Part shown: positions 1 to 12,570 of the stretch, piece by piece | Layout: every line of letters starts with the position of its first letter | Numbering within the stretch: the first letter of the stretch is position 1 | Assembly: GCF_009834535.1 (NCBI RefSeq) | Contig: NC_045705.1 | Span: 32,488,001-32,552,000 of the forward strand | Source: Camelus ferus | Taxonomy: Eukaryota | DNA: 64,000 nt | Direction: 5' to 3' | The notes under the pieces: model-generated | What the model saw: only the letters and a program-made list of their open reading frames with translations | Database searches by the model: none | What the model was told of the DNA's origin: nothing | Program-made: the position numbers and the translations under genes

Positions 1-206
1 TGCTATTCATGTATTTACAGCCTCAAACTAACCATTCTATGGACACTGATAAAATGGCTTCTGTGTTTTATACACTGGTGATTCCCATGCTGAATCCCAT
101 GATCTACAGCCTGAGAAACAAGGATGTGAAGGCTGCCTTAAAGAGATTTCTGACAAATTCATGCTGTTCTTTAAGTAAATGTCATCTTAGCACTATAGGT
201 AAATGA
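1..206 (+). CDS. 3' end of an OR8J-like olfactory receptor (TM6-TM7 and C-tail), truncated by the window edge
   Basis: Translation [41 protein letters not shown] has the OR TM7 PMLNP-IYSLRN motif and resembles recalled OR8J1/OR8J3 C-termini. Whether the gene is intact cannot be judged from this fragment. Confidence 0.85.
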   Translation, partial: LFMYLQPQTNHSMDTDKMASVFYTLVIPMLNPMIYSLRNKDVKAALKRFLTNSCCSLSKCHLSTIGK

Positions 207-1597
207 AGAGATGGTTAAGTTAGGCTGTCATTATGTCAGAGAAAGCTAAGTTTAGGAAGCTGATTTATAGGCTTACAAGCAATCTTAGCAATTAAAAGGG
301 GCTAAGATTTGGGAGGCACTAATTTAAAAAATAAACTGAAGCTCTTGGAATTATGAGGTTGATACAGAAACAAAGCATTATTTACTCATTTTCTCATGGA
401 GTGTGCAGTTAGCTAGATTGAAAGAATTATTTCCAGAAGTTTGGAGAGACACCAGCTTAAAAAAAATAAGTTAAAATGGAGCAACAAATTAGTGATTGAG
501 AAAAGTAAGTCTCTCTTTCTTATTCTTTGGCTCCCTTTTTTCCTTCCTGGGTATTTTTGGGTATAGTTGATCATGGCATCTTGAGGAACTAGAATTACAG
601 ATGGCTAAAACCCTCTCACAGCTGAGTTAGCAAAATTAAACTGACAAGTTGTTTAAAATAAAACCCTTAACTCTTTCTTAGCATTGTTTGAATGAAAAAA
701 TATACACTTCCGATAAATTTATATTTTGAATGCTAATCAAATATGATTCAATTTTTTTATTCCAATTGTTATAATCTATACAATTTCTTAATGAAAAATA
801 AAGAATACCATCACTGAATATGCTTTCGTGCTGAGTACTATTTGATTAGACTTGGTAGAATCTGTAATAATTCCTTTCTCCCTACTATAAGAATCGGTCT
901 TCTGTAGTATGTGTAATAAACAGACTGTATTTTTATTATTAAGTGTTCAATGAGTCATTCTTGTGAAAATTCTTTACATTATTAGAGGAAAAATTGAACT
1001 GTTTTTGTAAAATTTTTTTCTGTTTTCTGTTAGTTTTTGAGTGTACACCAACATCTATTGTACAACTGAATAAATAGAGTTAAACACACTATATCTCAGA
1101 TTTATCAAATCAGAATTGAGTTAGCCAGTATGATAATAAATTAATGGGGTACTATTTATATCATGCATATAACCATTCTGGACATTTCCAGTGAAGAAGA
1201 ACAATAAGCCTTTTTTGAAATTAATTTACTAAAAACCCTTAGACCTCTAGACTAGTCATGTAACTGGTACACAAACAATATCCCAGAAAATACTTGGTTT
1301 CATTTGGACTCTCAAATAGTGAAAATTAAAACACTCAGTGTTTCATGATAAAGTGCCTCGTGTCTTTTTTTTTTTTTTTTTTTTAATTTCAAGTTGTGCA
1401 TACTAGTAGTGCTATGAATACAGCTTCATTTGGAAGGAAATTTCTGAATATTTTTCTTAATCCTCAGAAGTTTCTTTATAAAACTATTGAGTAAATAGTC
1501 CCCAGTCCTATCTGTTTTATAGCCCCCTCTCCGGTAGATCACAATGCTTGTGTTTCTTCAATTCCTTCCATTTATCATTCATTTTTTTAAAAAGATA

Positions 1598-2084
1598 TGT
1601 CAACTGAAATAAATGCACAACCTAAAAGTTGAGAGTTATGGTTTACTCGGTGGACATTTCTGAGGACTTGAACCCCTTTGAGCCCAGATGACAGCCTCTC
1701 AGATGGCTCTGAGGGACTGCTCCGAAGAGGTAGGGGAGGAGCCAGGATATATAGGAGTTTTACAGCAAAGACCAGGTAGTTGGAACATTAAAATATGACT
1801 GTTAACTAAAGAAAGCCAGACATCACAAGTTAAAGATTTTAGTGCTTTTCTATGTATGGAAGGGAACAAGTGTCTCTGCTCATTGAAGTTATTCCTTTGA
1901 CAAGCATCTAGCTCTCTAGGGCCTGTATCCTGGCCATTCACATTCTGAGTCCCCTCAGTCGGAGGTGGTTGCAGAGGCCAGGCTGCCTGATTGTTCGTAT
2001 ACTGAATTAGTGGTAGAGGCTGATGACTTGATGGCCACAGCATCCTTTATTTACTAATACGGCTTGCAGTATTTTTCATTCACA
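1598..2084 (-). mobile_element. Solo LTR, ERV1-like family A, copy 1
   Basis: TG...CA termini (TGTGAATGAAAAAT...TTCAGTTGACA in LTR sense). Homologous along its length to 33291-33773. Near-TSD GATA/GATG. Confidence 0.85.
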
Positions 2085-2799
2085 GATGTCACATCAAAAA
2101 AAAAAAAAGAAAGAAAGAAAATGCCTATAGTAACTGCACTGTGAATTTACTATAGCTATAAGTGTGTAGACACCATTCATTTGTAAACAGAAAAGGGTAA
2201 TCTTGTAAAAATAGTATTTATTAAAGGAAATGAGGAGTACCCTCTTACACTGGTAATCAAAAGTGATTTCTATATTTTTGTCTTTGAGTTAAAGTGCCCT
2301 GTTTATACAACATGAAAAAGAAATACAAATTTTACCTCCTCTTTATTATAGTGCAGTCTAGTTTTTTATAGTTAAATATTTATTTAATAGAAAATGAAGG
2401 GGAAATTTCTACATTCATAACCAGTATATAAAACACACAACTCTTCCCTTCTTTGCCCACACATTACATGGACAATGTACTCCTTATTCATCATACAGGT
2501 CAGAGCGATTATGATGTACACTAATGCCCAGAGCTTTTACTAAATGTCTTGTGCATGCAGTATTGAAGGGTAGATCCTTGGAGGAACTGGATACATATTT
2601 CATAAGAAGTTATTTGTAAGAAGTTTTAAATGAATATTCCTACCTGATTTAAAAGCCAAACTCGAAGACTGATGCTAATAAACTCCAATGACAAAAATCA
2701 TTTTAAAGATAAACTAATGATAACATTTGGAGAAGAGAATCTTAGAGCAATAATACTATACTAAAAGCAGAGCTATAGATACTCAGTTCTTCAAAGATA

Positions 2800-2994
2800 G
2801 GGAATCACATCAATAAATCTTCAGCCTGCCTTGGCATCCCAGTGGAACATGGACCGTAATTTTTCTGATAATCTTCCTCGCATCATGCTCTGAGGTAAAA
2901 TCCACTGGGACAGAGACACTGGCAAAACCATGCAATCAACTGCCATCTAAACGATTAGCAGGAGAAATAGTAACCTACTCTTCCCCAGGTAGGT
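2800..2994 (+). promoter_or_regulatory. Putative promoter / 5' non-coding exon of the OR8U-like gene at 7360, ending at splice donor CAG|GTAGGT (GT 2989-2990)
   Basis: O/E-like sites TCCCAGTGGA (2837-2846) and TCCACTGGGA (2901-2910). Aligns by eye with 14690-14875 upstream of the paralog, including the donor. Confidence 0.55.
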
Positions 2995-3539
2995 TAGAAG
3001 AGTGTATTTCAGAATGGTGAGCTTTGACTCACTGAGGTGTAAAATCATCACTACAATAGCTCAAGATAAGAATTTGAAAAATTAAAGAAAATAATACAAT
3101 GGACTAGAATAAAAAAAAATGTTTGGAGTATGTTTTGTAAAATAAACAGTGTTTTTTGTCTGATTTTATATTAGTTTTGGTGAAAGTTTCAAGAGCATCC
3201 AGGTTTGATGTGAACAAAACCAACTAAAGGACTAGAAGGGAAAGAAGAGCTAATCCAGTCGAATGGCTTTTTAAAATATAAATACAGATGAATAAACTGA
3301 GCTTCAGAATGTTCAAGTGAATTTCCCAAGCTCATGTATCTAATGAAAGACAGAACCAGGTCTAGAAGGTAAGGTTGAACAAGTATGATGTAGTCATTTA
3401 TTTAGAATTTGTAGAAATTATATATGTACTTTACTCTAGGTTTTTGCATAGTATCTGCTTAAAACTTTCTTTGTCTTAAATCTTTCCACGTAGTTTTGAT
3501 AATGCTTACCCAAGGAAATCTTTCCGTAACCTTTCCCTC

Positions 3540-3745
3540 CTCAAAGTCTTCTAGTTCCAAGAACTCCTTTCATGTTTTTTTGATACCCGGCTTTTAACTC
3601 TATCAGATTATTATAACTCTCTAGTCTAAATCTGCTTGATTCCTCTCTTTACATGCTAAGCTTCTGATGGCTGAGCTTTGACCTTTATTTGTTGTCATCT
3701 CAAAACCCAGAAAGATACTTAATACATAATAGGCAACTGATCAAC
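3540..3745 (+). mobile_element. Degenerate L2 3' end
   Basis: Pattern recognition of the L2 terminal region; boundaries approximate. Confidence 0.45.
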
Positions 3746-6269
3746 ATGTTTTAATGCATTCAAATGGAAAATTTATATAATGACTTACATTACTCTTTTA
3801 TATATATGTTTAAAATTAAAAAACATAAAAAATCCAATTTAGAATCTTATGATAAAATTAAAAAAAAATGGTTGTGATTGATCAGATTACAATCTATGTC
3901 AAAACTGTGCTTTCTATATTTACAGTAGATAAGATTTTACTCAGGCTTAGAGGGGAGTATTTTAGACAAAGGGCATCACTTTGTTCCTAGAGGTATCTTC
4001 CAAAGCAAAGAATACAGCTTAGGAATAAGAGGAAGAAATAGTCAAATATTATAATTTCAGTATTAATCTTAAATTAATTAATCCAAAATTAATCTTTATT
4101 TCCCCATTTCCTAACATTTAGAAGATACTTTATTAAATATTAAAAACAAAAACAAAAGCAGTGAGGTAGTCAACCGTAAAGTGTTTAATGTCTATCGGGG
4201 GAAGAGGCATGGAAACAGATGATTGTTATAAATGTGAGAGGAAATATAAATGAGGTATGTCTAAAGTGATTCTAGAACACAAATATGATATATGTTAACT
4301 CAACTTGGGGAGTAACTTCAAAGAAGAGGTGATAATTCAACAGACCTTAAAGGAGAAATAGTTTTCCCTTTAACTATTCATTTTTCTTGTAGAGGAGAGG
4401 ACTAGGCATGGCACAGACAGAGGAGAAGCATGGAAGGGTGTTGTTGACAAGAAGAGACCAATTATATTAATTGAACCAATGGATATCCATTGCTGGTTGG
4501 GAGAATTGAATGGAATTGGAACTATAAAAATATTCAAGGACAAGATTGTGAAAAGTTACATATGCTTTTAAATATAATTCACACCTTATTTTTAATATAT
4601 AGTAAAATGATTTCTATGTACAAATGTGAGTGTAATGTGTTTTGGAAGTGCAGAAAAATGGCTGAGAGAAAAAGACAGCGAGAATTCAAGAAAAGGTGGA
4701 TAAAGCTTTCTTTCCAATCTAGTCTGTTGTCCGCTCTTTCACTGCTGTTTTTTCAGTCTCTGCATAGTGTCTGGAAATTAATAGTTCTCAACATACATTA
4801 CTGAATGAGGGAATGAGTGAATTGAAGTAGGCTCCCAAGGAAGTAGCAGTTAGACACAATCAAATGTTAAGGATGCACAGTCTCGGTTGTAGATCAGAGT
4901 GGGAGGTGTTTATGGAAAAGTTGCTTATCTACTTTTGTGAAAATCATGATGGTGTGTGGTGGACTAGAGTGTAGTTTTTGAAACTCTGCTTGTACCTGCT
5001 ACTATATGATGAACTCAGTTTTTAGAATCTAAGCCAAAATTATTTGACTAAAGTAAAACAGAACATATGACAGTAGAACACAGAAGAACATTCAAGCTAA
5101 GTGCATACCAGGCAATAAGAGTGTTATTCTGGATATTATTTGCTCCAGACCATCATGTAACTGGTATTTATTTCTGTGGTTTGTGGTCAGAAGGTTTGAG
5201 TTTGAAAACTAGTAGTCTAAGAAGGGTCTTGGTCTGAACCTCCCCATAAAATTTTTATTTTATCTCTCTCTCTCACTTCCCTTTTTAAAAAATCAAATTT
5301 GACTTTTATTTTAAATGCAAATTAGGTATTTAGAACTGATGAGTTACTAGTTCTTATCTCAAATCTCCGTGTTGTTGGTATTACCCATTAAACCTCCATC
5401 TTTATTAGAGTTTCAGAAGGGGATAAACAACTTATTCAGGATAAAATTAGGTGAAGAAGTATGTGTTGAAGGTTATTACTAATAGTGTTTCTCAATAAAC
5501 ATATTTATTAAAAAAACAAAAAAACTATAATGCGTGTTTTGATAATTTGAATAAAAGTTGCAAATACAAAAGAGCAATTGGTAAATTCTGAAGAAAATTT
5601 GAATACCAGCTCTTATTTTATTACCATATTTATTTCTGATGTAATTTTTAGACCGTATAAAACAATTCATATGAGTTTCTCAAGAAAGCTTTGTTTCTAT
5701 TTTTCAGGTATAAGAGTGAGAGAGAGATGAAACAAAAACATAGAAAGGAAGAGAGTGAAAGACAGAGAGAGAGAAGATAAAGGAGTGAGAGAGACAGATT
5801 TCATTTGACATAGTAGTAAGAACCTAGCTCTACAATTTTTACACTTTGTTAAAATTAATTTTACATGGATATTCAATAATTCAGTCATGAAAACCAGTCA
5901 AAATAAATAAGAAAAATAAATAGATTTTCAACTTAAACTAGGAAGACAAAAATTACCATCAAAATATAATTCAAATCTGTCTCTTTGATTACAGGTAAAA
6001 AAGTTGAAAGAGACTTGTAAATTGACTCATGAAGAGATGTACATTTCCAAATCGCATGGAAACAGAATATCAATATTATTCTAAATTATGACATTACAAC
6101 ATACTGTAAACTTTTATCAGGTTTTATTTCCTTTGATCATGTAATTCATGCTCTAGAGATAAAGATGTTTGTGGATTATTGTAGCAAGAAAAATATGAAA
6201 ATAATTTAAGTTTCTCACAATAGAACAAAAAAGATACACTATAAGGGACAGCGTAATAATGAGGCGTAG

Positions 6270-6400
6270 ACTCCTGAGTCAGAAATGCGTGGATTTGTAA
6301 CCCAACTAACTGTACTCAGACCAGCTTTCTGACTTCATTTTGGGTGTTTCTGTTTCAATCTCCTCTTCATCTGTAAAGTGCTCAAAGCAATATGGTCTTC
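6270..6400 (+). mobile_element. MIR fragment
   Basis: Core-like sequence tttctgtttcaatctcctcttcatctgtaaagtg; boundaries approximate. Confidence 0.5.
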
Positions 6401-6898
6401 ACATAAAGGTTTAGTTTAAAAAAAAATGGAGTAAATAAACTCCTCATTTTACCTTCCATGCTTACCCCTTTTCAGCATTTGCATTGTTAACATAACTATG
6501 AAGATACTTTTCACTCTGTAAAGACCTTTAAGTGGTAAATTATTAAAGTAAAATAAAAAATATAAAATGGTGTTTCTGCCACTGCAGAAAGGATCCATCA
6601 AAGGCAGGTGCCACTGCAGAAGATTTGTTTTCCTTTATGTTATTAATGTTAACATTTTTTACAATGAAAGCAATAGCTAAGCATTTTAGTAAGTCAGGTT
6701 AAAGTTGTAAATGCAGACAGTTCCACAGCTCCCATCTTTGAGTAGACAATGGATTTGGGAGAAGAGAAATGTGCATTTCCCACATGTTACATCCTTGTGC
6801 TCTCCATTCCGTTCCCAGAACCCCTTATGTTAACAATCTCTATATTAGCATCAAATCTCTTTGCAAGATATTAAAGGATTAAAAACACCACTTACATA

Positions 6899-7283
6899 TT
6901 CTAAGTGAAGTAAGCCAGAAAGAGAAAGAAAAATACCATATGAGATCACTCATATGTGGAATCTGAAAAAAAAAAAAGAAAAAACATAAATACAAAACAG
7001 AAACAGACTCATAGACATAGAATACAAACTTGTGGTTGCCAAGGGGGCAGAGGGTGGGAAGGGCCAGACTGGGATTTTAAAATGTAGAATAGATAAATAA
7101 GACTATACTGTATAGCACAGGAAAATATATACAGGATCTTGTGGTAACTCACAGCGGAAAAACAAAATGTGACAATGAAAATATGTATGTTCATGTATAA
7201 CTGAAAAATTGTGCTCTACACTGGAATTTGACACAGCATTGTAAAATGACTATTACTCAATAAAAAAAAATGCTTTAAAAAAA
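6899..7283 (+). mobile_element. 5'-truncated young L1 (3' UTR and polyA tail)
   Basis: Typical L1 3' end (ctaagtgaagtaagccagaaagagaaag...caataaaaaaaa). TSD AAAAACACCACTTACATA (6881-6898) / AAAACCACCACTTATATA (7284-7301), 16/18 match. TT|AAAA insertion site. Confidence 0.9.
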
Positions 7284-7359
7284 AAAACCACCACTTATAT
7301 ACGGACAGCTTGAATTTAACTCTTTTCTCTACTTCCCCAGGCAGCTGCCTTGAAGAGAT

Positions 7360-8319
7360 ATGGCTCAGATCAACTGCACACAGGTGACAGAGTTCATTCT
7401 CGCGGGCCTCACGGATCGTCAGGAGTTGAAGATGCCCCTCTTTGTGCTCTTCTTATCCATCTACCTCTTCACAGTAGTAGGCAACCTGGGTCTGATCCTG
7501 GTCATTAGAACGGATGCGAGACTCCACACACCAATGTACTTCTTTCTTAGCAACCTGGCCTTTGTTGATTTCTGTTATGCTTCTGTCATCACACCCAAGA
7601 TGCTTGGGAACTTCTTATACCACCAAAACATGATCTCCTTCAATGCATGTGCAGCTCAGTTAGGCTGTTTCCTCACCTTCATGGTATCAGAGTGCCTGCT
7701 ACTGGCTTCCATGGCGTACGATAGATACGTGGCCATTTGTAACCCTCTCCTCTATACGGTTGTGATGTCCCCAGGAATCTGCATTCAGCTCGTCACTTTC
7801 CCCTATAGCTATAGCTTTTTGATGGCACTGTTTCATACCGTCCTCACCTTTCGCCTCTCTTACTGTCACTCTAACACCATCAACCATTTCTATTGTGATG
7901 ACATGCCTCTCCTCAGGCTGACGTGCTCAGACACTCACGCCAAACAGCTGTGGGTTTTGGCCTGTGCAGGTGTTACTTTCATCTCCTCTGTTCTGGTTGT
8001 CTTTGTCTCCTACCTGTTTATTATTTCCACCATCCTGGGGATGCGCTCAGCTGAGGGGAGACGCAAAGCCTTCTCCACATGTAGCTCCCACATGCTGGCA
8101 GTCACCATATTCTATGGGACCCTCATCTTCATGTACTTACAGCCAAGCTCTCACCATTCTCTCGACACAGATAAACTGGCCTCTGTCTTCTATACAGTGA
8201 TCATTCCTATGTTGAACCCCTTGATCTACAGCCTCAGGAATCAGGATATGAAAAATGCCCTGAAAAAAGTCATCATCAGTAGAAACCATACTCTTGTGTT
8301 CATAACATTTCAAAAATGA
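7360..8319 (+). CDS. Intact olfactory receptor, OR8U subfamily (OR8U1/OR8U8/OR8U9-like), 319 aa
   Basis: N-glycosylation site [42 protein letters not shown] and [12 protein letters not shown] are all present and the conserved Cys are intact. Acceptor ...cttccccAG at 7339-7340. The exact ortholog is not resolvable by eye. Confidence 0.95.
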   Translation: MAQINCTQVTEFILAGLTDRQELKMPLFVLFLSIYLFTVVGNLGLILVIRTDARLHTPMYFFLSNLAFVDFCYASVITPKMLGNFLYHQNMISFNACAAQLGCFLTFMVSECLLLASMAYDRYVAICNPLLYTVVMSPGICIQLVTFPYSYSFLMALFHTVLTFRLSYCHSNTINHFYCDDMPLLRLTCSDTHAKQLWVLACAGVTFISSVLVVFVSYLFIISTILGMRSAEGRRKAFSTCSSHMLAVTIFYGTLIFMYLQPSSHHSLDTDKLASVFYTVIIPMLNPLIYSLRNQDMKNALKKVIISRNHTLVFITFQK

Positions 8320-8722
8320 TTTAATTAAACAAAAGTGGGCTTTCTTTAATGATTTTTCCCCTTAATTATTAAAACTAGTAGAGTATCTTGATCTTCTTTG
8401 GTTTTCAATAAAAATTTCTTTACTATGAAGTAAAATCATTCTCTGAATTCTTAGCAATCGAGTTTGACTTAGAATTATAATTCATATGTAGAAATTACCA
8501 TAAGAATTTGTGTCATGTCGTTTCTCAAATTAAAAAAAATGTGTATGTTTTAAAAATTCATCATCTCATCTGATAGCTATACAATGAGGAACTGGACAAG
8601 AGTAGACAAAACTGAGACATCTTGAACACCAAGTTTAAGATTGTAAGAGTGCTTTAATGATATATTTTGAAGAGTTTTTTAATAGTATATTCCCAGTTAA
8701 ATACTAAAAGACAGTTGTGAAC

Positions 8723-8939
8723 CAGTGGTTTCAATGTGGAATGATTTACCCCCAGGGCATATTTGGAAATTTCTGGAAACAGTCTTGATTTTCACCAGGA
8801 CAGGATGGTGTAAAGGGATACCATTTTTTACCTAGACGGTTGAAGCTGGATGCATATGTAACCCACAGTGCACAGGAAAGTCCCTCGCAAAACATTATCC
8901 AGTCCAAAATGGTAATAGTGCCAAGGTTGAGAAAGTCTG
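8723..8939 (+). mobile_element. MER20 (hAT-Charlie), near full length
   Basis: Begins CAGTGGTTTCAA, ends AATAGTGCCAAGGTTGAGAAAGTCTG; matches the recalled MER20 consensus. Confidence 0.8.
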
Positions 8940-8944
8940 CCCTG

Positions 8945-9400
8945 AACAATTTTTTCCTAACAATTGTATAGATTTCATTCAGGTTGAGCTGGTGGACTGT
9001 GCTGCTCATGTCTTCCACAGACTTGTTGGTCTTCCTTTTAGGTGTTCCATCAATTATTAAGAGTGCTGTTAAATCCTCAGTTGAATTATGTTTTCTCATC
9101 TGTCAGTTTTTATTTCATACATTTGGGGATGACGTTAGTTGTTCCTAAATTTGTAATTGCTAAATTTACTGATTTTTTTTTTTTACTATTATTATTAAAT
9201 GTCCTTCTTTATTCCGGTAGCATTTCTTCTCTTAAAGTCTATTTTTTCTTCCTTTAGTATAGGTATTCCAGCTCTTTTACAGTTATTATTGCACAGAATA
9301 GTTTTCCAGTCTTTTACTTTCAATTTACTTATGTCTGAGTGTCAGTTATGTTTCATATAAAGCCAATAGTTGGATTTTTGCCTTTTTAATAAACTCTGAA
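8945..9400 (-). mobile_element. Ancient L1 ORF2 fragment (endonuclease-domain region)
   Basis: Minus-strand peptide IIDGTPKRKTNKSVEDMSSTVHQLNLNEIY resembles L1 ORF2 (SxxDRxSRQKINKDIEDLNNTINQLDLIDIY). Confidence 0.7.
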
Positions 9401-9439
9401 TATTTCTGCCTTGAAATTGGAATATTTAGTATATTTATC

Positions 9440-9548
9440 TGGAGGGATTGTTAAAACAGACATGGCTGGGTCAAACTCCCAGAGTTTATCATTCAGTAGG
9501 TCTGGTGTGGAGCCAAAGAATTTGCATTTCCAACAGCTAACTGCAGTT
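9440..9548. mobile_element. MER5A-like fragment (hAT-Charlie)
   Basis: ttgttaaaacagacatggctggg...cagagtttatcattcagtaggtctgg...gaatttgcatttccaacag matches the recalled MER5A consensus. Confidence 0.7.
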
Positions 9549-9578
9549 CCCAAGTGTTGGAGGAGGTCATTGAGAGGA

Positions 9579-9984
9579 TGTGACCACAGGTTGACCTTTG
9601 AGCTGGATCTGGGCAATCAGAGGGTCCTCACCATCCCCCATGCCCTATCCTTGGAGTGTACATTGTTCTGCCCACCATTCCCACAGTGGGGGATATTGTT
9701 AAGGAGGCAGCCTTGAGAGAGTAAGATATTGTTGGACATTATACATGAGAGAACTAAGTTAATCCTCTATATAAACTTTTAAGATTCTGGTGAGCAGATG
9801 CAGAGATCTACTCATTTCTTGGCCACCAGAAGTCAAGTCTCATATGCACATTCCTTTGCTTATTAAAATTGCCACCAACCAATCTGGGATGACCTGCCTG
9901 TTCCTTTGGTCTCTCCTTTCCCTTCTTGTACAGGTGGCCAGTTTTAGGTTTCACCCAAGAAGCTCCCAAGTTGGCAGACCAACA
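9579..9984 (+). mobile_element. Probable old LTR, family not identified
   Basis: TG...CA bounds, TATA-like ctatataaac and ATTAAA signal; no TSD found. Confidence 0.4.
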
Positions 9985-10227
9985 AGTTTTCTTGATGCTT
10001 CTTGTCCAGCACTGCACTTTGATAACTGCTGCCTCAGAAGACCTCTATACCATATTTGTATACAGCTCCTGGTGCATTTCCCCTCGTAAGAAGCAGTGCC
10101 TACAACTCTTTGTTGGAAAAGCGCTTCAGGAAGCAGTTATGTCTGTATGCCAGGCAGAAGTCACTGGAAATTTACATCCCACGGGGGACAGCCCTTAGTC
10201 AATGACTGATATGTGCACAGGAGTATA

Positions 10228-10400
10228 CAGTGGACCCTTGAACAATGCAGGTTTGAACTACACAGGTTCACTTACACATGGATATTTTTCAGTAGTAAAT
10301 ACAGCAGTACTACAAGGTCTGTGGTTGGTTGATTTGGGGAATGCAGAGGAACTGCTGATACGGAGGACTGACTCTAAGTTATACAGAGATTAACTCATAC
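10228..10400 (+). mobile_element. Tigger2-family (TcMar-Tigger) left-end fragment
   Basis: TA followed by CAGTGGACCCTTGAACAATGCAGGTTTGAACT, a Tigger2-type terminal inverted repeat. Confidence 0.7.
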
Positions 10401-12179
10401 ATTTATGGTTTAGGAGTTGTATAAGAGTCAGCTATAAATACTCAATCTCCTTTGCTCACTCTTAGCAATTCTGAAGTTTGATTTATCCTTTGTCCAGAAT
10501 GCTTCCATGGAATCTGACCTAAATTTCTATCATAGGATGTTGACTCTACAACATGGCTTGGATTACTTCTTTTTTTAGGTCCCACCTCTCATCCCAATAA
10601 CTATTTTGGGTACAATTCCTAATAAATCACATTTACACAAATCATTGACTCAGTGTCTCCTTTGGGGTGAACTCAACTTAAGATGGTATTATAATTTCTA
10701 TACACTACATTATTTGTGTAATTTTCCAGCAAGCAATGTCATTTTGACAATAAACGTATTTTGAAACATTAAAATAGTTTGGCACTCATTAACCTTTCTT
10801 AGCCTGCTGAATCTTACTTGAGTACTTTCAGCACCTCTTCCTACCACAAAATTGGCTTAGAAGTCTAAAACATGAAACTTGGAAAATAGAAGTCTGAAGA
10901 ATTCTTTAGAATATGTAATCAGACCTAGTTTGCTCTTAGTCACAAAATTCTGGGTCCCTTTTCTGAGGGAGAGGAAGACAAATGAATAGATGTGGGTGTT
11001 AGGAGGTATGGACTTGACTTAAGATAGAACCACGAGCTGAATTACTTTTGGAAATTTACTGTTTCCCTTTTAAGGTGTGCATTTTCTCATTGGTAAAATA
11101 GTGGGATTGCGTTAGGTATATGGCTTTAATTTTTTTACAGAATTATTTTGCTCAAAAATGAATTCTTAATGTTAATAGCAATGAACACTAACGGCTACCA
11201 TTACTCTGGTAGAATGAGGTGATAGACACAAATCTCTGTCCCGTTGTTCTTCTTAACACGTTTTCTACACAGCTGACTTCAGATGACTCAGAAACCACTT
11301 GAGTCATCACCAGAAAACCAGCTTATTTTTAAAGCACTGTCTGAAAACGCTGGGATTCAATATGATCTATGATCCCATGCTGTTCAGTAATTTTCTGGTT
11401 TTCCATTTCTCATAAGCATCCTAGGAATTCTGCTTTGCCAAGGGAAATCTCTCTCACCAGCTGTTACTCCTGAACCATAACTAAATCTCCTCCATTCCTT
11501 ATCACATTCATGTCCATTTGTACCGGCAATTGTAAATTTCATTAAGCGTAGTAGCACTCATGAGGATCTAAAGTCCACTATGGGCTGAAAATTGTAAAAC
11601 CTAAGATTAAAAAAATTAATTTTGTCTCTTGGAAAATTTGAGATCTGGACAGCCAACACTGGTTAGAAAATGTTATTCTTTTCAAACTGTTAAGGATAAA
11701 TTTTCTTTAATAATACTGCTAGGGAAAACATGAAATTGTGAAAACTGCTGTGAGGTTCTGATTAAAAATATGTTATTGAAATGAGGTTAATTTTAAAGAC
11801 ATGTTTGGGAATCCAAGGTTTCTATGAGCCCCATTTGTCATAATTTTTGTCATAATTTATTCCCAATACGAAGAAGTTTCTAAATAACTGTATTAACACA
11901 TTTAGTTTATTTATAGAGGCTCAGTTCCCAAGTTCTCACCGATCACTCTCTGGTGACAACTCAAAAAGGAATGTGAAATAAATGAGTCCCAATGGTGCTT
12001 TCTCACTGGAGATGCAATGAAAACTTTCAGCTTCTCCTGGGCTTTCAAATAAAGATCTGCTGGGTCGGGGTTGGGGAGACTCCCAAACTTTCTTTATACA
12101 AGTGAAAAACACAATGTTGAGGGATGTTTTCCAGCGGAGAATTGAAGAAAACACTGTGTGTGTATATATATGAAAGGAT

Positions 12180-12570
12180 AAATGTGAATTTATTCTGATA
12201 TCACTCCTACCCTAACCCAGGGCCACAGGATTCACTCTAGCTTCAATTTCATACTTATCTGTAAAGTTCCTCTCCAACAGTGAGAAACCTGGATCCTACC
12301 ACTTAAAAGCTATTTAATTACTTGTTCAAACTCAACATATATGTACAGTAATTCCAGAATTAACTTGAACCCTCCCAGGAAACAAATTTACAAACTAGAA
12401 TGTAAAGTTTGTATTCAGTTTCTTTTGCCTATAATTTTACACCTTCTAATCAAAACACCATTTTCCAAGTTACTTAGGTCAGTAAATCTCCCCACTTGAG
12501 TTTATGTTTATGTCATACATTGATAACAGAATTAAACACATTTGCCATAGTGTGGCCAGCATTCTGCCAG
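12180..12570 (-). mobile_element. L1MC-like 3' region
   Basis: ctccaacagtgagaaacctgg...ttccaagttacttaggtcag resembles a recalled L1MC consensus. Confidence 0.6.

Noticed and set aside
7699-8200. Antisense or alternate-frame ORFs inside OR genes (also 19528, 19715, 29998, 61594)
   Set aside because: Short shadow ORFs expected from coding-sequence composition.
11282-11308. Hairpin GATGACTCA-9nt-TGAGTCATC with two AP-1 sites
   Set aside because: 9-bp inverted repeats are expected several times by chance in 64 kb, and there is no other support.
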